Positions 59,401-64,000 of a DNA stretch of 64,000 nt are shown in pieces. The DNA comes from Nemertoderma westbladi (lineage: Eukaryota; Animalia; Xenacoelomorpha), in NCBI GenBank assembly GCA_032718475.1, contig JAUCBJ010004934.1, forward strand, positions 76,535-140,534, written 5' to 3'. Position numbers and translations under genes: made by a program. Positions within the stretch are counted from its first letter, which is position 1, and every line of letters starts with the position of its first letter. The notes beneath the pieces were generated by a model. That model worked only from the letters and a program-made list of their open reading frames with translations. It had not been told where the DNA came from and made no database searches.

Positions 59401-60290
59401 ATATTTGCTACTAAAAATAAAGTAACTATATCAACATAGTTTGGGTACAGTCTAGAACTTTCATTATATTTGCTACTAAAAATAAAGTAACTATATCAAC
59501 ATAGTTTGGGTACAGTCTAGAACTTTCATTATATTTGCTACTAAAAATAAAGTAACTATATCAACACAGTTTGGATACAGTCTAGAACTTTCATTATATT
59601 AGCTACTAAAAATAAAGTAACTATATCAACACAGTTTGGGTACAGTCTAGAACTTTCATTATATTTGCTACTAAAAATAAAGTAACTATATCAACACAGT
59701 TTGGATACAGTCTAGAACTTTCATTATATTAGCTACTAAAAATAAAGTAACTATATCAACACAGTTTGGGTACAGTCTAGAACTTTCATTATATTTGCTA
59801 CTAAAAATAAAGTAACTATATCAACATAGTTTGGGTACAGTCTAGAACTTTCATTATATTTGCTACTAAAAATAAAGTAACTATATCAACACAGTTTGGA
59901 TACAGTCTAGAACTTTCATTATATTAGCTACTAAAAATAAAGTAACTATATCAACACAGTTTGGGTACAGTCTAGAACTTTCATTATATTTGCTACTAAA
60001 AATAAAGTAACTATATCAACACAGTTTGGGTACAGTCTAGAACTTTCATTATATTTGCTACTAAAAATAAAGTAACTATATCAACATAGTTTGGGTACAG
60101 TCTAGAACTTTCATTATATTTGCTACTAAAAATAAAGTAACTATATCAACACAGTTTGGGTACAGTCTAGAACTTTCATTATATTTGCTACTAAAAATAA
60201 AGTAACTATATCAACACAGTTTGGGTACAGTCTAGAACTTTCATTATATTTGCTACTAAAAATTACCGAGAGCGAGAATATCATTATATT

Positions 60291-60326
60291 GTATTTGATA
60301 CAAAAAGTTATCTAACAAAGAATAAA
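60291..60326 (+). repeat. Degenerate B-like monomer at the array boundary
   Basis: TATTTGATACAAAAAGTTA matches TATTTGCTACTAAAAATTA at 16/19 positions. It is followed by ...AGAATAA, the same ending as the B tail. Confidence 0.6.
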
Positions 60327-61277
60327 ACGTTGGTATCAATTAATACAGTTTTATAGCTACTGTACGTGGTACTAGTGTACTTAGTACTAGTACACTAATA
60401 CCAGTATAGTAGTACTACTGATGTTGAGCTAGCTCCCCTATTCATGGTTAGCTATGATTTTTTGCAGCCCTCTAAATTAGAGTGTGAATGAGTTCTATGT
60501 TAATAAGCAGGATAATAAGTACCGGTATTAATAATAATTATGTTAGTAAGTAAATAAACTAGTGTCGCTGTCGATATGTTTATACAATGGAGTTACCGGT
60601 ACATTGAAATAGTTATTAAAAAGCAAAAAATAATTATAATATAGTAGTTATTATGACTCATTTATTACGACGTTAATTACGACGTTGACTCTCCTTTGAT
60701 CGCTCTCTCCTTAAACTCGTTTTTAACAATGTTATTTTAAATCCCACTGATGTCGCCTAATTTCACTAGTATATCTGTCGCCTTTTATCATTAATACTAT
60801 CTTTATTTTATTAAGCAACTTAAGAAAATATAAATTTATATGAGGTAAAATTGTGTAAATTTGTAGGGCCTATTGGGTGTATGTAAATTTTACAATCCTT
60901 TGGATTAATAAAGATTACATTAATTAAATACATAATATTTTAATTTATACTTTTTATTCTTTGACGGTATGACATTAAAATTGTATAATATGTAAAATGC
61001 TTTTAGAATATAAATCGTTGTGAGTATAAACTCATTTAACATTAGAGTTACCAATAAATGTCTTAGTACTTATTGAATTGAAATTAAAACTTGAATCTGT
61101 GTAATCTTATATGACAACCTTTTATTTTCAAAAACACTATCATTCATTTCGCCATTCGATTTACTAAAAACATATCAAAAACTTGAAAATGTAGGAGCTG
61201 TGCACCAAATTTTCATGTACTACTTGAAGCGAAAAAGAACAAACAGCACAGTAGTGATGTTTTTCAGAAAGTAGCCC

Positions 61278-61283
61278 TATAAA
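61278..61283 (+). promoter_or_regulatory. Candidate TATA box (TATAAA)
   Basis: CCCTATAAATTTGG lies ~130 bp upstream of the ATG at 61411. The motif is common in AT-rich DNA, so support is weak. Confidence 0.25.
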
Positions 61284-61313
61284 TTTGGAGAATTTTTCCA
61301 AAGAATACTACGT

Positions 61314-61325
61314 ACACACACACAC
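61314..61325. repeat. Short (AC)6 microsatellite upstream of the gene
   Basis: ACACACACACAC followed by CCCC. Confidence 0.6.
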
Positions 61326-61410
61326 CCCCACTCCTCATCGCCAATAGGGTGAGCTAAACTACATATCATATTCCAAGACACCGTGAAACTACCTGTGATT
61401 TATTATTGTT

Positions 61411-62349
61411 ATGGCAACGAATACAACATCTAGTGACAGGGATGAAGTCTTCTTTGATATTCATAAATGTAATGAACACTTTTGTCCTCCGGAAATACCC
61501 AAACCTGGTACCAAAGTCAACAGATTCCGAGCCCTCGACATGGCGTGGAATAAGCCACCTAAATGGAGACCCTCGATGTTCAAAAGGAACTTCGATTATG
61601 AAGTAAATCCAAATCCTCCAGAAGAAGAGAAAAGTTCGATGGACATTAAAAGTTATTCAGATAAGAAAACGACTAAAGGCAAGAAAAGGGTTGATAGACG
61701 AAGGTTAATCGGGAATATTTGGAGCCGAAAACGGCGAGTAATTATTGGAATTCTTATAGGCCTATTAGTCGCGGGGATATCTGGAGTAATAACTTGGTTA
61801 ATTTGGAAAGAACTTCAACCCGATATTGTAAACACTATTCCTATAAACTCAACTATTACTAGTTTTTCTTCAACATCCACCACCGAACAGCTCTCACCAC
61901 CCGAACCGTACAATACCACCAGCGTCCCTATAGATCTAACAGAAGTTGAAAACGCCACTGAAAGGAATGTGATATCATCAACACCCTCACCCACCACTAC
62001 AGCACCTCCACCAACCACTATAACACCCTCACCCTCACCCACAACAACAACACCCCCACCCACAACGACTAATAAGAAAGAATTCCCATGTTCTGGTATA
62101 ACAACGGCTCCTATGACGCAGGATCGTATTGAATCTTTAAACAAAATAGTGATCTGCGACCAAGGTTCTGTTTTAATACAGAATCGACCTTCCCCAACAT
62201 CTAGGTTTGATTTCAATAAAACATGGAAGGAATATGAAGATGGTTTTGATGACAACACTGACGGAGGAAATTACTGGGTTGGATTGAAGGCTGTACATTA
62301 CATAACATCACAATGGGAATGTGATCTAGTGATTGGATTCGAATTAAAG
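61411..62349 (+). CDS. First coding exon (313 codons) of a type II transmembrane fibrinogen-related-domain (FReD) protein with a mucin-like stalk; the gene is incomplete in this window
   Basis: aa1-109 are hydrophilic and end in a basic cluster (KKRVDRRR...RKRR). TM helix at aa110-132 (VIIGILIGLLVAGISGVITWLIW). S/T/P-rich stalk at aa~140-221 with N-glycosylation sequons NST, NTT and NAT. Fibrinogen-C motifs follow: C227, VICD, LIQNR, DFNKTWKEYEDGF, NYWVGLKAVHYIT, CDLVIGF (family pattern VxCD..IQxR..FxxxWxxYxxGFG..yWLGLxxlHxlT..LxIxl). Similarity stops at AAG|GTAGTA (62349/62350). Confidence 0.88.
61978..62070 (+). repeat. Imperfect internal duplication encoding the Pro/Thr mucin-like segment
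   Basis: TPSPTTTAPPPTT and SPSPTTTTPPPTT; CCCTCACCCAC occurs twice in the DNA. Confidence 0.65.
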
Positions 62350-62364
62350 GTAGTACTAGACCTG

Positions 62365-62381
62365 CCCCCCCCCCCCCCCCC
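62365..62381. repeat. C17 homopolymer (G-tract on the minus strand)
   Basis: Seen directly. It explains the false poly-Pro tail of the 331-aa ORF. Confidence 0.9.
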
Positions 62382-62607
62382 GCCCCATTTATTTACAGAA
62401 ATATGATTTTAATTGATTTTCTTAATGATTATAACCAGTATTAGTAGATATTGATTTGTATGTTAGCTTAAATCATTATTGTTACCCTTTTCACGAAATT
62501 ATTAAAAAAATACTGGCTATATAAGAACCGTAAAAATTAATAGCTAGTAAAATGGTAATAATCAATTCCAGAAACAGCCAAAACCTATGAAACTACAGGG
62601 AGAAACA

Positions 62608-64000
62608 TTGGGGAGCAGTGCGGAACTAGTGGGGAGGAGAACGGAACTAGTGGGGAGGAGTACGGAACTAGTGGGGAGGAGTACGGAACTAGTGGGGAAG
62701 AGTACGGAACTAGTGGGGAGGAGAACGGAACTAGTGGGGAGGAGAACGGAACTAGTGGAGAGGAGAACGGAACTAGTGGGGAGGAGTGCGGAACTAGTGG
62801 GGAGGAGAACGGAACTAGTGGGGAGGAGAACGGAACTAGTGGGGAGGAGTACGGAACTAGTGGGGAGGAGTACGGAACTAGTGGGGAGGAGTACGGATCT
62901 AGTGGGGAGGAGTGCGGAACTAGTGGGGAGGAGTACGGTACTAGTGGGGAGGCGTACGGAACTAGTGGGGAAGAGTACGGAACTAGTGGGGAGGAGTACG
63001 GAACTAGTGGGGAGGAGTACGGAACTAGTGGGGAGGAGAACGGAACTAGTGGGGAGGAGAACGGAACTAGTGGGGAGGAGTACGGAACTAGTGGGGAGGA
63101 GTACGGAACTAGTGGGGAGGAGTACGGATCTAGTGGGGAGGAGTGCGGAACTAGTGGGGAGGAGTACTGAACTAGTGGGGAGGAGTACGGAACTAGTGGG
63201 GAGGAGTACGGAACTAGTGGGGAGGAGTACGGAACTAGTGGGGAGGCGTGCGGAACTAGTGGGGAAGAGTACGGAACTAGTGGGGAGGAGTACGGAACTA
63301 GTGGGGAGGAGAACGGAACTAGTGGGGAGGAGAACGGAACTAGTGGGGAGGAGTACGGAACTAGAGGGGAGGAGTACGGAACTAGTGGGGAGGAGTACGG
63401 AACTAGTGGGGAGGAGTACGGTACTAGTGGGGAGGAGAACGGAACTAGTGGGGAGGAGTACGGAACTAGTGGGGAGGAGTACGGAACTAGAGGGGAGGAG
63501 TACGGAACTAGAGGGGAGGAGTACGGAACTAGTGGGGAGGAGTACGGAACTAGTGGGGAGGAGTACGGTACTAGTGGGGAGGCGTACGGAACTAGTGGGG
63601 AAGAGTACGGAACTAGTGGGGAGGAGTACGGAACTAGTGGGGAGGAGTACGGAACTAGTGAAGAGGAGAACGGAACTAGTGGGGAGGAGAACGGAACTAG
63701 TGGGGAGGAGTACGGAACTAGTGGGGAGGAGTACGGAACTAGTGGGGAGGAGTACGGATCTAGTGGGGAGGAGTGCGGAACTAGTGGGGAGGAGTACTGA
63801 ACTAGTGGGGAGGAGTACGGAACTAGTGGGGAGGAGTACGGAACTAGTGGGGAGGAGTACGGAACTAGTGGGGAGGCGTGCGGAACTAGTGGGGAAGAGT
63901 ACGGAACTAGTGGGGAGAAGTACGGAACTAGCGGGGAGGAGTACGGAACTAGTGGGGAGGAGTACGGAACTAGTGGGGAGGAGTACGGATCTAGTGGGGA
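62608..64000. repeat. G-rich 21-bp minisatellite, consensus ACGGAACTAGTGGGGAGGAGT, about 66 copies, truncated by the right window edge
   Basis: CGGAACTAG at 62621, 62642, 62663 ... 63965, which is exactly 64x21 bp from the first. Only substitution variants were seen. Most units carry an SpeI site (ACTAGT). Confidence 0.98.

Larger units (their letters stand above)
1..60290. repeat. Satellite DNA array of two interspersed monomers, A (65 bp) and B (40 bp), sharing a 22-bp head; roughly 1000 monomers (estimate); truncated by the left window edge
   Basis: A = CATTATATTTGCTACTAAAAAT+AAAGTAACTATATCAACAYAGTTTGGGTACAGTCTAGAACTTT (period 65, e.g. AAATAAAGTA at 241, 306, 371). B = CATTATATTTGCTACTAAAAAT+TACYGAGAGCGAGAATAA. 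Copies are near-identical and head-to-tail, with no inversion or foreign insertion seen. Almost every A unit carries an XbaI site (TCTAGA). Confidence 0.99.
62350..64000 (+). other. Probable phase-0 intron (donor GT at 62350); 3' end probably beyond the window
   Basis: AAG|GTAGTA sits where FReD similarity ends. It is followed by poly-C, AT-rich DNA with stop codons and a minisatellite. The C-terminal half of the FReD is not visible in the window. Confidence 0.65.

Noticed and set aside
1-60290. CRISPR-like reading: a 22-bp direct repeat with spacers
   Set aside because: Only two 'spacer' sequences are reused hundreds of times, there are no cas genes or leader, and the context is eukaryotic.
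1-60290. Telomeric repeat (TTTGGG in the A unit) or a tandem snRNA, 5S, tRNA or spliced-leader gene array
   Set aside because: TTTGGG occurs once per unit and never in tandem. I recognised no structural RNA, Pol III box or Sm-site layout.
1-60290. Array as a pure assembly artefact or a viral terminal repeat
   Set aside because: Position-specific variant domains and nested duplications indicate a real, evolved array. Its size and the adjacent probably intron-containing animal-type gene argue against a viral terminus. Exact copy number still needs read validation.
61406-61606. 66-aa alternative-frame ORF
   Set aside because: It is short, starts at TTG, overlaps the well-supported CDS and has no recognisable motif.
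61815-62258. 147-aa minus-strand ORF rich in V and G
   Set aside because: It is the antisense shadow of the Pro/Thr stalk codons.
61411-62349. Assigning a gene symbol such as FIBCD1, ficolin, angiopoietin or tenascin
   Set aside because: Only domain-level similarity is visible. There is no coiled-coil, collagen or EGF/FN3 region, and orthology cannot be established by eye.
62350-62406. C-terminal VVLDLPPPPPPPHLFTEI of the 331-aa ORF
   Set aside because: This is read-through past a likely splice donor into a poly-C tract; FReD similarity stops at ELK.

Overview
This is AT-rich eukaryotic (probably invertebrate animal) genomic DNA, not prokaryotic. Bases 1-~60,290 are one uninterrupted, same-orientation satellite array that continues past the left edge. 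It is built from two monomers sharing a 22-bp head (CATTATATTTGCTACTAAAAAT): a 65-bp A unit and a 40-bp B unit. B is interspersed in an A(n)B pattern and I saw no BB pair inside the array. Point variants occur in local domains, and there are local higher-order repeats of 105, 130, 170, 235 and 260 bp. A ~0.8-kb variant pattern recurs 26,934 bp away. All ORFs listed below 54 kb are artefacts of the 105-bp AB period. The array ends abruptly in a degenerate B-like copy. About 1.1 kb later is the first coding exon (61411-62349) of a type II membrane protein with a cytoplasmic tail, TM helix, mucin-like stalk and the N-terminal half of a fibrinogen-related domain (FReD). The probable intron that follows holds a C17 tract and a G-rich 21-bp minisatellite (62608 to the window end) with a 630-bp higher-order duplication and an open reading frame. 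All counts and alignments were made by eye; no searches were run.
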